The notes below the pieces were generated by a model. It made no database searches and was not told where the DNA came from. It saw only the letters and a program-made list of their open reading frames with translations. A stretch of DNA of 64,000 bases from Eledone cirrhosa (taxonomy: Eukaryota), in the NCBI GenBank assembly GCA_964016885.1, contig OZ024757.1, forward strand, positions 24,614,001 to 24,678,000. Reading direction: 5' to 3'. Shown here piece after piece: positions 23,195 through 42,511 of this stretch. The position numbers were made by a program, and so were the translations under genes. Position 1 is the stretch's first letter. Every line of letters begins with the position of its first letter.

Positions 23195-25091
23195 CTACCT
23201 TTCCGCTTCCCGGGGTTCGGGTTGCACGACTTCCATGGGGTCGGGGGTGTTGGGTGAAGGGGTGTCTTGTGGTGGTGTGGGGTCGTCAGTGTGTGGTGGG
23301 GTTGGGGTGTTTGGAGTTGTGTTGGGGAGAGGAAGGGGAGGGGGAAAGCTTTTTAGTAGGACGCGGTTTATGGGTTTGACAGAGGGTGGTCCTACGTCCT
23401 CCTTAAAATCCTTTTTTAGTTTTTGGTAGAGGTTCATTGGGATCTTTATTAGTTTTAAATGTGGGTAGTTTTCTGACGAAACAAAGTTTACACCTTCGGT
23501 TTGTACCGAAGGATTATTGTATATGAGTTCATTTAATTTATTATTGTTTCTGTTGATGTAAGTATAGTGTAATGTCTTTTTTTCCGATGGTGTGAGTGTT
23601 TCGAAGAGGGGAGGGGCAGGTTTTGTTTTGTTTGTTGCTGGAGGGGTGTTTTCTGTTTTGTTGGATTGTGTTGAGATTTGGGTGGGGGTTGTTTGTCCTT
23701 GTGTGTTTTGCACATGTTTTCTTTTTTTCCTTTTAATCTGTCTGAAGGACTCCGTTTCTTCCTCCGAATTCGTTGGGTTATCTTCAGTGTTGGAGGGAAG
23801 AGGTATGTTTGCTGGTAATGTTTCCGTGTTGGTTTTCTTTGTGGGGGAGATGGATGTCACTATGTTAGACTGTGTTGTGTGTTGTGTCTGCGGTGGTTGT
23901 GTTGTTTTATTGAGTGAGAGGTTGGGTGGGCCTGTATTTTGTTTTGGGGTAATGTGTTGTGACTGTTTGTGTTGTGGTGGTGTTGTGGTTTTACTGAGGG
24001 ACGGGTTGGGTGGGACTGAGTTTCGTTGTTTGTTTATCTGTTGTGGTGGTGGTGGTGGAGCTGGTGTTGGTAGCAGGGTTTTCTTTTTGTTGAGTTGGGG
24101 ACAAGCGGCCTTCAGGTGCCCTCTGCCTGCACAGATATGGCAGGACGGCCTTCTCCCCTCCACGCTAATGTTTATATACCCGTGGTCCTCTAATAGGATT
24201 CTGTCGGGTATTTGGGCGATGCGTTCAGGCTTCATTTGTACTACCAGTTCTATACCTGTTCCACTGAACGCATTGCCTGTGGTTTTCCCAATGGAAATCA
24301 CGTTGTCATTCACTGGATCGATGAAGCCAGCTATGAGCCAGCAGTAGTCCACATCTGGCATCATTGCATCCAGCCATATGTGCTGAGTTCCCCATATAAG
24401 ATGGATAAAAGGTGAAGTTTTTCGAACGAATCGGTGACAAAGCATATTTTTTTGCCGCCGATTCGTTCTTCATGATAATTGCTAGGCTTCCATACAGTCT
24501 GTCTTTTCTTATGAAAGTTGTTTCATTCAGTACTTCTGTGAGTACTGTTTTGATATCTGCTTGAGAAGGCTGTTCAGGTTTTTTTGTACTGTTGTTGATG
24601 GTCCGAAACTTGACCGTTCGGCTTTCAATGTCTTTCGTGAATTCTTGAGGCATTTTTACCGATAAAATACCATTCTCGCCTTCACTTATATATTGTTTGG
24701 CGTCCGTGATCCTTCGTACCACATCTGAAATGTTTTCCGCTATATAAGTCAAAGATTTCTTTGTTTTCTGTGCAAATGAAATCTTGTCGTCTGCTTTGTT
24801 TTCTGATATGGTGTTATTTTCAACTGTTATTTTTTTGTTTGTTGTGTCTTTGTTTGTGTTATTAGTATTGTCATGCAATTTTTCAAATTTTTTTTTTTCG
24901 TTGTTGGAATCCAAGTCCAGATTTGTGTTTACGTCATTTAATTTTTCCTCCGCAGATTCGTCCGTTTTTATTTTAATTTTTCCTTCCTTCTCTATGACGT
25001 TAGTTGGGAAGGAAGGGAGGACTAAAGCGTGCGAGCTTACAACTCTTACCGCTGTCCCCCCACCACTATTTTCGTTCGCTGCGTTTAACAT
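23195..25091 (-). pseudogene. ORF1 (gag-like, CCHC knuckle) split by one frameshift
   Basis: Two overlapping frames (25121-24306 and 24445-23195); CHICAGRGHLKAAC fits CX2CX4HX4C; first ATG at 25091. Confidence 0.75.
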
Positions 25092-25346
25092 TTCTGTTAG
25101 ACGATTGAAATTTTTACACAAAATTTTTTAAAACAGGTTTTTCACCTCTAGGAGGGGTAAAGATGAGCTGACCCACCGCCTGACAGTTCAGATGGAGGGT
25201 CAAGCTACACAATTGTATCAAAATTAAGTTTGAACTCACAAAATTTCCTCAATAAATTTGAACAAAACTTCTGTGCGAAGTGAATGACATCCACACTGTA
25301 GAACAGACGACAGCTAGATTATATATAGATAGATAGATAGATAGAT

Positions 25347-25379
<33 letters not shown>

Positions 25380-25477
25380 AGAAATGTTAACATGAATGGA
25401 CCTATTATTTTTATCTAAAGACATTTTTTCCAATTCCATCCCACCCGTCCCCTTAATCTATTTTATTTCTCATTCTT

Positions 25478-25513
25478 TCTTCTGATGAAGGACTAGCGTC
25501 CCAAACGTTAAGA
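25478..25513 (+). ncRNA. Degenerate minimal hammerhead (GAAA to CAAA)
   Basis: tctt CTGATGA a ggac-tagc-gtcc cAAA cg TT aaga; same family as 9039-9074. Confidence 0.55.
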
Positions 25514-27171
25514 CCCTCTTACTGCTATATCAAACATTAACCTAATATATACCTTCCATATACTGTACCGATTGTGTTGTTATTTCTGTTTACCTTTTAC
25601 ATATATATATATATATAGTGAAGGTGTGTGGCTTAGTGGTTAGAATGTTGAGCACACAATCGTAAGGTTTGAATCCTTGTCTGGGCAATGTGTTGTGTTC
25701 CTGAGCAAGACACTTTATTTCACATTGCTCCAGTTCACTCAGCTTTAGAAACGAGTTGTGAAATCACTGTTACTGGCAGTGTGACCCTCCTAAATTATAA
25801 CAAGAAGAATATTTTCTTTAGAATTCCTAAAGGCTTTTGGAATAATGTTACTGGAATTTACAGGGAATTTCTCCATGTAAAATCAATACCTTTCTGCATC
25901 GAGAGATCACAGCTTTGGTACCATGGACATGTATTTGGAATTTCAAAGGAAAGAATCGGTGGACAGATTTTATAGGTAAAGCCAACTGGCAGACCATGAG
26001 CAAGATGGTTGGATAACATCATATAAACTAGGTTGGTCTTGCTTGAGATCTAGGAGGATCATTTGGAATTGGTTGCTTCTGATAGGACCCTCAGGAAGGT
26101 GTGTCTGAGAACTCTGCTTCCAGGACACTCAGGAGTAAGTAGGAGAAGAACCTTATTGATATATGGATACACACACACACATATATACTCTTGGGTTCCA
26201 AATAATAATGAGGATAGAATAAGCGAGTGGTGGGGGATGTGTAAATTTTCTAGGTTGTCTCCCTTGATTTTTTTGAAGAACCAAAATTAGTTGTTTAGTT
26301 TACATATTGAAACCTCAACCCATCCTATTTATTTTATAACATATGGGATTTTTAGTAATGTACTTTTTTTGTCATGTATAATGCTTTTTAATGTCTAAAG
26401 AAAATTAATTATTGCAGAAATGCTACGACTTAAAATAAAATTTCACCAGAGATAGATTGGCAAAATTTAATAGCAGGGTGGGGGGGTTTGGAAAAAATCT
26501 GAAAAATTAATAAGCAGTGGGGGTTGATTTTTCAAGATATGAGAGTAAATATGTAGAACAAATTAAAACAGAAAGAAGTTCTTAGTTTAATTCTTACAAT
26601 TGTTTCAATAAAAAGTTTTGCTTCAAACACAGAATTAGGAAAATGTAATCATAATAACATAATAATATCATTAATAATAATAATTATAATAATAAAAACA
26701 ACGGGAATAGTGTATATAATTTGTACTAGTTTGTGTTATATATATATATATATATTTATATATCTAGCCCAGAAATAGACATTAAATGATGATGTTGATA
26801 ATGGTGTGTGTGTGTATACACTCACAGACACACACACACATATTTCTAGATATATATGAAGCGTAAAGACCCCTTTGGTCACGAATGACCATGAGATTTG
26901 CCTCTAGAAAGTTTCCCTCTGAGGCACAAGTCCAGTTTAGATTGTTTGTGAAAGACCAGCAGTTGCCCATGCATACCAGTCTCCCCTCTTCATGCCACCG
27001 ATGTTGTCCAAGAGAAAGGCAATGGCTGATACAGCTTGGTACCAGTGACATAAAATGTCTTGCTCAAGGACACAACACATCACCTGGTACAATAATCTAA
27101 CTCATAACCTCGCAATTGCAAGCCCAACACTCTAACCTATATATATATATATATATATGTATATTGATACA

Positions 27172-27516
27172 TCATTTCATCATCATCATTTCATTTTACG
27201 TCCGCTTTTCCCTGCTTGCAAGGGTGGGACGGGAACTGATTCTGGCTTGATTTCTAAGCTGGATGCCCTTCCTAACACCAACCTCATTTACAGTGAGTGC
27301 TGGGTGCTTTTTTGCCGTGGCACCTCCACGACCACTTTGCAGTGGAATGATAGGGACCCCAGTCCCTATCATCTCATTTCTACAGCTGAGTAAACTGGAG
27401 CAATGTGAAATAAAGTGTCTTGCTCAAGGAAACAACACATCACCCGGCCTGAGAATTGAACTCACAACCTTCCGATTGCAAGGCCAATGCTCTAACCACT
27501 AAGCCATGTGCCTCCA
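27172..27516 (-). mobile_element. tRNA-derived SINE family B (Meta/MESC-like core, RTE-type tail)
   Basis: Head tggcttagtggttagagc..gagttcaattctc, core ccttgagcaagacacttt, tail ggtgttaggaagggcatccag..(GAT)n. Confidence 0.85.
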
Positions 27517-27530
27517 TATTGATACATACA

Positions 27531-27705
<175 letters not shown>

Positions 27706-27736
27706 TAAATATATATATACATATATATATATATAA

Positions 27737-28582
27737 CCCACTGTGCTAATAAGAAATGTGTTATATGTAAAATAAACCCCCAGATAAATTATAAAACTAG
27801 AAATGTAGTCTATAGCATAAGATGTACAGAGGGCGCCTGCAGTAACATGACAACAACATACATAGGTGAGACAACTCAAAGTATAGGAGAAAGAATAGAC
27901 CAACACTGGAGGGAATTAAAAGGACAAAAAAATAACGGTTCAGTACTATACGAACACGCCAGACAAAGACATGACGGTAATATAGACGACATAGAAATTA
28001 AAATAATATCAAAACATAGAAATGACTCAACAGGTAGGCAAATCAGAGAAGCAACTGAAATAGAACTAAGAAGACCAAAGTTAAACAGATAAAATACATG
28101 GAATAACAACAACAACCATACCCAAACAAACAATACTGACTTAGGAGAAATATAAATAAATAAATATATACACAAGTACAGTGTAACAACAAACACACAG
28201 TAGTGAACAAAGATAGAATACAAAAACAAAAGCACATACACTCAAACACAAACACACACACCAAACATTATACACACATGTAAATGCATGTGCAGGGACA
28301 AGAATAAATAAATAAATAAAAATAAAAATGGCGTAGACATACAATACAACAGGAGGAAACAATAGCACCACTGATGATGTTGCAGATATGCAAAGAAAGA
28401 ACTTTGACATATATTTATATCTGTATTTTTAACCGCAGGTTAATCAATGATAAACATTGATTGCCAAATAAATTAACTATGGAGATATAAAAGCTAGAGA
28501 AGCAAAAACCAACCAAACAGTGAGTGTGTTCTGTTATTATTTCTGGCAATATTACAACAATATGACCCTCCCCAAGTATAAC
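27737..28582 (+). mobile_element. Penelope-like element 3' fragment: GIY-YIG endonuclease end and pLTR
   Basis: VVYSIRC...TYIGET..IGERIDQH...REATEI..RPKLN; hammerhead-like motif at 28367-28408; flanked by (TA)n. Confidence 0.85.
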
Positions 28583-29950
<1,368 letters not shown>

Positions 29951-29951
29951 T

Positions 29952-30295
29952 CATCATTTCATCATCATTTCATTTTACGTCCGCTTTTCCCTGCTTGCAA
30001 GGGTGGGACGGAAACTGATTCTGGCTTGATTTCTACAGCTGGATGCCCTTCCTAACACCAACCTCATTTACAGTGAGTACTGGCTGCTTTTTTGCCGTGG
30101 CACATCCACGACCACTTTGCAGTGGAATGATATGAACCCCAGTCCCTATCATCTCATTTCTACAGCTGAGTAAACTGGAGCAATGTGAAATAAAGTGTCT
30201 TGCTCAAGGAAACAACACATCACCCGGTCTGAGAATTGAACTCACAACCTTTCGATTGCAAGGCCAATGCTCTAACCACTGAGCCATGTGCCTCC
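29952..30295 (-). mobile_element. SINE family B
   Basis: Near-identical to 27172-27516. Confidence 0.85.
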
Positions 30296-30390
30296 TATAT
30301 ATATACATATATATATACATATATATATATACATATATATATATACATATATATATATATACATATACATATATATATATATACATATAC

Positions 30391-30447
<57 letters not shown>

Positions 30448-30459
30448 CATATATATATA

Positions 30460-31682
30460 CCTTTGACAGGGTTGATCATAACATTCTACTGAGAAAGCTG
30501 TCCAATATTGGTGTCACTGGAAAGCTGCTGCAGTGGATCAAGAGCTTCCTGTCAAACAGAACCCAACATGTTGTAGTTGAGGGAGTCAAATCAAGCCCAG
30601 CCAAAGTCAGTAGTGGGGTCCCACAAGGCACTGTGTTGGGCCCACTTCTCTTCATCATCTATATTAATGACATCACTGACATCATCAAACACAGCAACAT
30701 TAAAATTTTCGCTGATGATTCCAAGCTCCAAAAGGTCATCAATGGCGTGGATGACCGGATAAGCCTTCAGTCAGACCTACTGGCTGTTACCCAATGGGCA
30801 GAAAAGAACAACATGTTACTGAACGAAGACAAATTCGAACTGATCCACTTTGGAAAAGAGGATGCTCTGAAACTCCCGTACTCCCTTCCCTCCGGGGAAA
30901 CTCTCGTGGCATCTAACAACATCAGAGACTTGGGAGTAACCGTGGACAGCAACATAAGCTGGACCATGCATATAAGCAGCAAAGTTGACATGGCCCGCAG
31001 AATGTGTTCCTGGATCCTCAGAACCTTCCAGTCGAGAGATTCCCGCACCATTATCCTTCTCTTCTCTACTTTCGCCCGACCACACCTTGAATACTGTTGT
31101 CCACTGTGGTCTCCCCACACGAAACAAAGTATCATGAAACTTGAAGCTCCTCAAAGGGCAATCACGAAAAAGATAGATGGCATGTCAGACCTTGACTACT
31201 GGGGTCGATTAGAAAACCTGAAACTTTACTCACTCCAACGTCGCCGTGAGCGTTATATTATCTGCATGATGTGGAAAATGTTCCATCATCACTGCCCAAA
31301 TGATGTTGGCATCGCCTTCAAGATACACCCAAGGCTTGGGCCCCGTGCTATCCGTCCCATTCAAAAATCTAAATCGCAACTCATAACAACAATACGGCAC
31401 AATTATTTCACCTCAATCGGCCCTGCTCTCTTCAACATCACACCAGGACACGTCAAAACAGAAACTGACCACACAAAATTCAAGAAGTCTTTGGACAAAT
31501 TCCTCCAAGTAATCCCGGACAAACCACCCACACCCGGATATGTCTCCGCAAACAGTAATTCTCTTCTCGAATGGGCCATGGTGCCCAAATCCTGAATTGA
31601 AAGACTTCGCCAGGTGGTGCTATTAAGTTAGACATGGCCTGGGCCAATACTGGCCAAAACATTTCAAAGTTATTCAAAGTTA
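30460..31682 (+). mobile_element. 5'-truncated CR1-group LINE (RT C-terminal half, open to stop at 31595)
   Basis: [36 protein letters not shown]; 3' end (ttcaaagtta)x2; embedded in (TA)n. Confidence 0.88.
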
Positions 31683-34668
<2,986 letters not shown>

Positions 34669-34873
34669 TAAATATATCATCATCATCATCATCTTCATTT
34701 ATTCATTTAACGTCCATTTTCCACGCTAGCATGGGTTAGACGGTATATATATATATATATATATACACCCACATACATATATATACATATATATACATAC
34801 ATGCATATATACATACATCCATATACACATATATACACATACATATATGTATATATACATACATATACACATG

Positions 34874-34955
<82 letters not shown>

Positions 34956-35094
34956 GTGCATAGATACATTGCCAAGGAAAAATCGGATAGCAAGCCAAAG
35001 AACTTACAGATATCTATGTGTGTTTGTGTGTGTTTATATATAGTGTGTATGTATGTGTGTTTATGTAAAAGAGAATATGCGCGACAATACTTAC

Positions 35095-35182
35095 TTTTAT
35101 CGTCTAGTAGTGCATCTGCAAATGTGCAGAGCAATGCCAAGCATGCTATAGCTATGGTAATTTTACAAACTTTTCCAAACAT
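35095..35182 (-). CDS. First coding exon (signal peptide [29 protein letters not shown]) of the CD164/porimin-like gene
   Basis: Hydrophobic signal peptide ending A-D-A; donor aaaa|gtaagt in phase 1 matches the 17717 acceptor, giving about 170 aa. Confidence 0.72.
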
Positions 35183-36201
35183 CTCCGTATTATTCCGTTA
35201 TCAAATCTGTCTTTCTTTCTTTGTCAGAGAGCTTGCAGGATCCAGTATTTCCCTCTAATATATATGATATATAATATATATATATTTATATATATGATAT
35301 ATAATATATATATATTTATATATATATATTTATAGTATATATATATAGTTATATATAATTATGTAGGACTTGACAGACACACAGCCACACACTACCAGTG
35401 TGTATATGGTACGTTGTTATGTTGTGTCAACTGATAAATAAATGTTAGCAGTTTTACACAATGTTGTGGCTGGTTAACAGATCTCTTTTATTGACTCTCA
35501 CTATGTATATAGATACAGATACACACACACACATATATATATATATAAATATGTAGAGAGAGATGTAGATATATAAAAATATATGTATATATGTGTGGGT
35601 GGATATACACACAACGAGAGCAAAATACTGTGCAGATAAGTAACACTTTAAAGATATATAATGTGAAATACTGAGAACTGAAAGGAGTTATATTTCTTAG
35701 ATAGTAGTTACTGATAATGCTTGTAAATGCTTAGCGAGTACAAAGGTTGAAGTTGTGTATTATCTGAGGCTCAAAATCTTAAGGTTGAGTGATAAGGCCA
35801 CTGCAAATAGTACACACGTCAAACAGCAAGCACTCAAACTTTGGCCTTATTTTTATATATATGTATAGAGAGATATAGATATTGACACACACACATACAC
35901 ACATACACACACCCACACATATATATGATCACCATCATCATTGTTTAACATCCACTTTCTCTGCTAGCAAGGGTTAGAGGGGTCTCTACAGACCAAGTCG
36001 GTACTGAAGTGGGGCTGGGGAGGTCTGCATTTTGCTTATGTATGGTCAGACATCCTACTGAATGCACGGGAGAGGTTGTCATATCTTTGACACAACTGAG
36101 GGATCCTCCTAAGCCTTTCTTTGACAACTATTCTACAGTTGGATTCTTTTCCTATCACACATACATACATACATATATATACATACATACATACATATAT
36201 A

Positions 36202-36233
<32 letters not shown>

Positions 36234-36240
36234 CATACAT

Positions 36241-37089
36241 ACCACTATTAGCCGCTAAAGGGTTCTCCCTAAAAATGAAAGGCAGGTTGTATGATGCCTG
36301 CATACGAACAGCAATGTTGCATGGCAGAGAGACCTGGACATTGTGTGCAGAGGATATACGCAGACTAGAGAGGAACGAAGCTTGCATGCTCCGCTGGATG
36401 TGTAATAGTAATATACGTGAACGGCAAAGCATAAACGAACTAAGGAAAAAATTAGAAATAAGAGGGATCAGATGTTGTTTACTCGAGAGAAGGCTACGTT
36501 GGTATGGTCACGTGATGCGCATGAAAGATGACAGCTGTATAACAAAGTGCAGGGCAATAAAGATAGACGGTAGCCACGGAGTAGGCAGACCCAGGAAAAC
36601 CTGGGACGAGCTGATAAATTCCGACCTCACACACTTACACCTCTCCAAGACAATGTCACTGGACCGAGACCTTTGGCGGTACTCAGTAACAGAGAAGACC
36701 CGCCTCACCTAAATACAAAGTAAAACCTACTAGTCAGTAGGCATCTCTAACAAAATACACCCCCGTCCCACCCCATCCACACCGCCCCCTTCAATGCAAA
36801 GTTATGTTGGTGCCACAACATCCAGGCCGAAACAAACGAGATCGTGTAGGTGTCACGACAAAAAAACACACAGTCCACGCTGTAATGTGACCGTGTAGGC
36901 AACACAGTAAAAACCTCCCAGCCCCACACTGTAAATGTGGTTGGTGTTAGGAAGGGCATCCAGCTGTAGAAAACCCGCCAGACAGTCCTATGCGAGCAAG
37001 ACAACCACTCTTGCCTCAAGTGGGAAAACCCCCGTCCAAACCCATGCAAGCGTGGAACAGGGACGTTAAACGATGATGATGATGATGAT
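36241..37089 (+). mobile_element. 5'-truncated RTE-clade LINE with 3' UTR
   Basis: ORF end [23 protein letters not shown], (GAT)n tail; near-identical inverted copy at 51219-52180. Confidence 0.88.
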
Positions 37090-37095
37090 ACATAT

Positions 37096-37128
<33 letters not shown>

Positions 37129-37335
37129 CATACATACATATATATACATACATACAAATATATATATACATATATATATATACATACATACATACACACA
37201 TATATATATATACATATATACATACATATATACATATACATACATATATACATACATATATACATACATACATACATATATACATACATACATATATACA
37301 TACATATATACATACATACATATATACATACATAT

Positions 37336-37369
<34 letters not shown>

Positions 37370-37854
37370 GTATACATATATATATATATATACATACATA
37401 TATATATATATATATATATGTACCACATATATCTCTCTCTACATTGATACTAGAGCTAAATAGATAAATAAATAAATATATCATTGATACGTCATTCAAC
37501 TGGTGCACAACTACCTATTTTCTTTCTCTCTATCTCTATCTATATCTATCTCTCTATATTTTCTCTCTCTCCTCTCTTCTCTCTCTCTCTCTCTATCTAT
37601 CTCCCTCTGTTTTTTTCCTCTCTCTATATCTCTCTCTCTGTTTCTTTACATGAATTTCTTCTCTCTATCTAGCTCTCTATATCTATCTCTCTCTATTTAG
37701 TTGCATGCACTTCTTCTTTTTCTCCGTTTTTTCTTTCTTTCTTTCTTTTTATAACTGTCCCTAATATTTTTTCCACTACCAATTCAACTTTTCAAATTGA
37801 AGTCGATGTTGAAAGGTATGTCGAATCTATCTATTTATAAGACTGTTTATATTG

Positions 37855-37920
37855 TATTTTGTCTGAGGAAGGCATAACATATTTTTAATATGATATCCCT
37901 GAAATATATATAATGAAATA
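37855..37920 (+). ncRNA. Type I hammerhead ribozyme
   Basis: tattttgt CTGAGGA aggcataacatatt..aatatgatatccct GAAA tatata TA atgaaata. Confidence 0.7.
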
Positions 37921-38102
37921 AATATGGTTTTATAAATATAGTTTCCATTTATTTAATATCGTATATGTATACATATATATATATATACATACATATATAT
38001 ATACATACATATATATATATACATACATATATACATATATACATACACACATATACATATATACATACATATATACATATACATACATATATACATACAT
38101 AT

Positions 38103-38173
<71 letters not shown>

Positions 38174-38548
38174 TATACATACATATATACATATATATAT
38201 ATACATACATATATATATATATACATATATACATATATATATATACATATATACATATATATATATATACATATATATATATACATACATATATATATAT
38301 ACATACATATATATATATACATACATATATATATATACATACATATATATATATACATACATATATACATACATATATATATACATACATATATACATAC
38401 ATATATACATATATATACATACATATATACATATATACATATATATATATATATACATACATATATATATACATATATATATACATACATATATACATAT
38501 ATATATATACATACATATACATATATACATATATATATATATACATAC

Positions 38549-38601
<53 letters not shown>

Positions 38602-38717
38602 GATATATACATACATATATACATATATATATACATATAAGTTATTACCTTTATCTCTTCTGTATATGTCTATATTTACATTGTTGTTTGTGTATGTGTG
38701 TGTATATATATATATCT

Positions 38718-39053
38718 ACACCCCCGTCCCACTACCCCCACCGCCATCTACACCACCATTTTCGATGTAAAACTATGTTGGTACCACAACATCCAGTCCT
38801 AAATAAATGAGGTCGTGTAGGTGTCACGACAAAAAAACACAGTCCACGCTGTAATGTGGCCGTGTAGGTAACACGGTAAAAAACTCCTAGTCCACACTGT
38901 AAACGGGGTTGGTGTTAGGAAGGGCATCCAGCTGTAGAAAGCCCGCCAGACAGTCCCGAGCAAGACAACCAATCTTGCCTCAAGTGGGACAATTCCCGTC
39001 CAGACCCATGCTAGCGTGGAAGATGGACGTTAAATGATGATGATGATGATGAT
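38718..39053 (+). mobile_element. RTE 3' UTR fragment
   Basis: Similar to 36760-37089; (GAT)n tail. Confidence 0.75.
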
Positions 39054-39104
39054 ACATACATATATACATATATATATATACATATACATATATATACATA
39101 TATA

Positions 39105-39140
<36 letters not shown>

Positions 39141-39311
39141 CATATGTATATACATACATATATACATATATATATATATACATATATACATATATATATA
39201 TACATATATACATATATATATATATACATATATACATATATATATATATACATATATACATATATATATATATACATATATACATATATATACATATATA
39301 CATATATATAC

Positions 39312-39344
<33 letters not shown>

Positions 39345-39377
39345 CATATATATACATATATACATATATATATATAC

Positions 39378-39408
<31 letters not shown>

Positions 39409-39490
39409 CATATATACATATATATATATACACATATATATATATATACATATATACATATATATACATATATACATATATATACATACA

Positions 39491-39522
<32 letters not shown>

Positions 39523-39616
39523 CATATATATATACATATATATATATACATACATACATACATATATATATACATACACATATATATATACATACACATA
39601 TATATATACATACATA

Positions 39617-39648
<32 letters not shown>

Positions 39649-39670
39649 CATATATATACATACATACATA

Positions 39671-39702
<32 letters not shown>

Positions 39703-39730
39703 CATATATATACATACATACATACATACA

Positions 39731-39762
<32 letters not shown>

Positions 39763-39850
39763 CATACATACATACATACATACACACATGCATACATATA
39801 TACATACATACATATATATATACATGCATATATACATACATATATACATA

Positions 39851-40464
39851 CATGGTGGTGGCTGCCAACTCGTTTTCGAGTACGGCCACTACTTTATATC
39901 CATGTAGGAGAACCCCCACCGATGCGCTGAATGAGTGTGACTTTTTAGTCCAGCCAGCGACTTGAAAACTCTGGTACAAACACTACACCTGTGACAAATA
40001 TTGACACATAATGCTGGGCCCATGGTACCATGTGACGACAAGTGCAGAGAGATCTCCAGATATAAAGCAATGCCTGAGCCGTGAAGCTTTTATAGTGAGC
40101 AAAGGCACTGCACAAAGCCAGTCCCACTCTCTTAACCAAGATGATATTTACCAAAAAGAAGAACCAGTCAACATCATTGGATACCATCAGGGTTGCAGGT
40201 GTTATATCAGAGTTTTCCTTCTCCAAGAATTCTGCCTTGACAAAGGTTAAGGGGTCATCTCTCCCAGTGATTTTGGATGGCCATTGACTCTTAAGAGCTC
40301 CTTTGCCCTTTGACAGGTTTTGTTTTTAGTCCTGCAGGATGTCCAAAGTCACCCTTCTTACCAAGAAACCTTGGTGGGGTTGCCAGTTTAGTCACCAACG
40401 ACCCGACCATGAGACAGGTTGTACTGGGATACATGTTACCAGTAGCACCAACTGGTGACCTGAC
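39851..40464 (-). mobile_element. ~615-bp interspersed element related to 46983-47607
   Basis: Shares the 5' ~190 bp and 3' ~40 bp with 46983-47607; within (TACA)n. Confidence 0.7.
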
Positions 40465-40521
40465 ATATACATACATACATACATATATATATATATGTAT
40501 ATATATACATATATATATATA

Positions 40522-40559
<38 letters not shown>

Positions 40560-40579
40560 TATATATATATATATATATC

Positions 40580-40631
<52 letters not shown>

Positions 40632-40841
40632 CATTATATATATATATATAACGAAGGAGTTGTTGTAAGGAACCAGATGGACCATAACGCACCAGAGTAC
40701 TCAATACTTAGGGTAGGAGAGTGGGTAATAGGAAAAAAGTATGGCCCTGACAGCAGAGCTCAAGCAGTTTCGACGGCTATTTCAGTCCAGAAATAGCCGT
40801 CAAAACGGCTTGAGCCCTGCCGTCGGGGTCATACTTTTTCC

Positions 40842-40875
<34 letters not shown>

Positions 40876-41383
40876 TACATATATATATATATATATGTTC
40901 TGTATCTTTGAAGTTTGACAAAAGAGAGATCAAGTAAATAAGTATGAAACATTTTAATGTTTCATACTTATTTACTGGGGTTGATATGATCAATTAAAAT
41001 CAGAACAGTGTCCAAGCATGCCAGCAGTCTAATGATTGAAATCAGTGAGAGCAAAGAATGTAGCACAGAATTAATAGATTTTATAAAAATTTACACAATT
41101 GTCAAGTTTAGGAAGTTATTTGAGATAACCCTAAAAAATATTCATGTCAGAAAATCAGAAAATTGTTTGTGAGTTGTTGAATAATGAGCTAGATATGATG
41201 TTTTATTGAGGTTAACAGCTCCAGTATTAGTATTATACTGTGGGTGATGGACTACAATATCACCTGATGATGGGTATTTCAGTTGTTTGGACAAATTAAA
41301 GACAACTTCATAATAAAATTAACTTGCAAGTGGCTAAGCATTCCACATACACAAAATCACCTTGCTGGGCTTGAGCCTTAGAG

Positions 41384-41526
41384 CAGGCTTGGCCAACCTT
41401 TTTTAAGCAGTGAGATGCATAGGATGTGGCTCATCACAAGCTGTTTGTCACAGGCAATTTTGAAATTAGGCGTGCCATTCAGAACAGGCTGCCTGTAGCT
41501 TGTGAGCCGCAGTTTGCCCATGACTG
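41384..41526. mobile_element. hAT-type MITE
   Basis: Ends caggcttggccaac / gtttgcccatgactg; 8-bp TSD ccttagag / ccttagaa. Confidence 0.7.
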
Positions 41527-41573
41527 CCTTAGAATGAGACTTTCCAGGTTCAAATCCCATATAAAGGGACTCT

Positions 41574-41633
<60 letters not shown>

Positions 41634-41691
41634 GAAAGTGTACTGGAAAGTTCCGGCTTTGGGTAAAAGAAAATACAGGAGGATCAGTTAA

Positions 41692-41907
41692 CCTTTTAGC
41701 ATTTAAACCAGCTGTATCTGGACAGAATTCTTTCAACTCCTTCAGTTCTAACCAGCTGAAAGCGGCCACTCATACTGATGTTAAGGTATTGTTCTCAAAA
41801 TAAATATCAAAATCTCAGATTCGATATTATGTGAGATAATTATGTGCGGTAAAGCCTTTGCCATGAAAATATAATAGTATATATAGAGTAATGTAAATGC
41901 TAAAGGG
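41692..41907. mobile_element. piggyBac-type MITE
   Basis: TTAA flanks; same family as 3458-3676. Confidence 0.8.
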
Positions 41908-42326
41908 TTAATTATGAGTTGATTCAACATACAGAGTTGCTGAAGCATGGAACAAACTACCTGCATCAGTTGTTAGCTGGCGGACACTGCATCTTTTAAA
42001 ACCTCCATGCTTCCCGAGATTCGCCAACACTACACCTAATGTTCCCCCTCTATACACATACACACATGTATATCATGACTCATACACTATTCACTTCCCT
42101 GACATTTGTGTATTATTCTATGTACTATACATGCACCTTTGACGAGTTGTAGTGCACCTGAGCACTTTACACAATAATTTCATTATTATTATTATTATTA
42201 TTATATTCCCCTCTCAGATTCATACACTTATTGCAGTGGTCCTAATCTCCTGTAAAGCTAACAGCTCTATCCTTTCACAATACCCTTAAAGCTAGGAACA
42301 TGTTAGCACTCCCCTCGTGTGTGTGA

Positions 42327-42403
<77 letters not shown>

Positions 42404-42460
42404 ATATGTATGTATGTATACATATGGCCTCAACCTCTCAGTAGGCACACATGTAATAGA

Positions 42461-42511
<51 letters not shown>

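Larger units (their letters stand above)
19513..25319 (-). mobile_element. Full-length Tx1-like (L1 group) non-LTR retrotransposon
   Basis: 5' UTR, ORF1, ORF2 and 3' UTR ending aataaagaa; identical 23-nt flanks tatatatagatagatagatagat at 19490-19512 and 25320-25342. Confidence 0.9.

Noticed and set aside
20020-24347. Antisense and alternative-frame ORFs within the Tx1-like element
   Set aside because: Expected by-products of GC-rich coding sequence; no recognisable motifs.
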